From the NCBI RefSeq assembly GCF_030684315.1, contig NC_081385.1, forward strand, positions 6,188,341-6,252,340: a DNA stretch of 64,000 nucleotides, written 5' to 3'. This document shows positions 62,461 through 64,000 of this stretch, piece by piece. The position numbers and the translations under genes are program-made. Below the pieces are notes generated by a model. It saw only the letters and a program-made list of their open reading frames with translations, ran no database searches and was not told the DNA's origin. Source of the stretch: Stegostoma tigrinum. Taxonomy: Eukaryota. Positions within the stretch are counted from its first letter, which is position 1, and every line of letters starts with the position of its first letter.

Positions 62461-63766
62461 ACTAGCATTCATTTCAAAATTACATCAGGAGTTGCGGTCA
62501 GACAGTTCAAAGTTGCAGCTACTCATCCAGTTCACCAGATGGAGTCAGATTTCTGGGAGAAATCTTCATGTTTTTTGTGTCTTTCACAATCTCGAAATGT
62601 CCCAAAGTGCTTTATGACCAATGAAGTAAATTGTAAAATGGAGTCGCTGTTAGATATTTTCTTAAATAACTTTATATACCTCCTGAGAAATTGGCATTTG
62701 AACTGAGGCCTCCTAGTCCAGAGGTAGGCGTACTACCACGACACCATTAGAGCCCTCAAGTAAATAAGGGAAACATGGCTGCCATTTGTATACACCAAGT
62801 TGCCACATAGGAGTGATCATGCCCAGATTATCTGTCTTCATGGCATTTACTGAGAGATAACTATTTATCAGGACCTTCTTGCTCTTCCTAAAAATAGTCT
62901 ATTTGAGACAAAGGGAATTGTTTAACATCTCACCTGGAAGACAGGTACCCACAGTTCCCCCTCAGTACAGTACTGGAACATCAGCCTGGCTTATACAGTC
63001 AAGTTTCTGGTGTGGAACGTTCTGAGTCAGACAGTGAGAGAACCATTGGGCTTATACCCAAGAATGAATAATATTCATTTCTGCTGAATGTCCATGTTGT
63101 TATGAAGCCAGATTTTTCAAGTGGGACTCTTTAAAATATGCTACTTGTAACAATATATTAATATTGCTTCAAAATTTAGCCATTAAAATTGAGCCATTTA
63201 ACAAACTTATAAATCTATGTGGGCTGATTTAGGTGACATTTGTCAGAGCTGCAGTGGAAATTTTGTGGACAAGCTAAGAGACATGACAGCCAAATTTGCT
63301 GATGATACAAAACAGGTAGGAAAGTAAGTTGTCAACAGTGTTACAGATAGATTATGTAATTGGGAAAAAACTTGATAGCTAGAATCTAATGTTGGAAAAT
63401 GTCAGGCATGCCCACTCTGACAGGAAGAATAGAGAAGCAGCATATTATTTGAATGGACAGAGCAGAACTCTCCATAGAGATCTTGGCCAGGGTTCCTGCA
63501 AATCTTTTATTCTTTTGCACTGACTTCTAAGTGACTTTGGAATCATAACTTAATGCCAGAAATGGTATTGGCATGCTGATCACCATGCCAGACCCTCAGA
63601 GTGGTAGCTTAGAGGGAATATTGATCCTGGCATAATTAGTACTCAGTCATCATCTAACTGGTGCATTTTGCATGCCAACACTTCCATCAAACACTGCCCA
63701 CCAGTCAGCACCTTCATCTTAGACAGTACAAACTGTTGTTCCCCTTTACACTGGTATTCTTGTGAA

Positions 63767-63800
63767 TGTCCTGATGAGCTCAAGATGAAAAGCTTGGATA
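63767..63800 (+). ncRNA. Degenerate type I hammerhead-like motif of a third family
   Basis: tgtc-CTGATGA-gctcaagat-GAAA-AGCTT-g-gata: stem I tgtc/gata and palindromic AAGCTT stem III. Stem II and the cleavage-site base look decayed. Confidence 0.45.
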
Positions 63801-64000
63801 AAAGTTATCTCTTTCAGCAAAACTCGACCAAATGGTGACCAAATGACTAAATATAGAATTAGAAATGTCATCTCCCTTTTCTTTTGCTTCCTACTCTTTG
63901 TTCTCATTTCACCAGGATGTTAGATCTGTGGTATTTCTGCTTCTCTTATTCTTCCTACTCATCATGCCCCAATGGTATTACATTTTTACTTGGATACCTG

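Overview
Eukaryotic, repeat-dense vertebrate DNA. The repeat repertoire (HE1/V-SINE-type SINEs, Deu-domain SINEs, CR1/HER1 LINEs, Penelope elements) points to a shark; this is inference. The window holds the voltage-gated sodium channel beta-subunit locus on the minus strand. Three coding exons of scn2b (46757-46591, 43127-42917, 40773-40574) have canonical splice sites and sizes of 167/211/200 nt. A probable first coding exon of scn4b (10068-9981) lies in a CpG-enriched region, matching the tandem SCN2B-SCN4B order known from mammals. I could not place scn2b exon 1 or scn4b exon 2 onward. Most other sequence is decayed retroelement, and nearly all listed ORFs are repeat-derived or spurious. 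The most notable signal is about 18 hammerhead-ribozyme-like cores (CUGANGA-stem II-GAAA-palindromic stem III) in Penelope pseudo-LTRs. Many sit in 100-230 bp non-autonomous inserts and fold-back palindromes whose 5' end or inversion point falls on the ribozyme motif, several with clear target-site duplications (TSDs). A roughly 155-bp inverted LINE pair begins about 35 nt after the scn2b stop codon, and an RE1/NRSE-like site lies about 4 kb upstream of scn4b. Repeat boundaries are approximate (tens of bp); exon, TSD and ribozyme coordinates were counted by hand.
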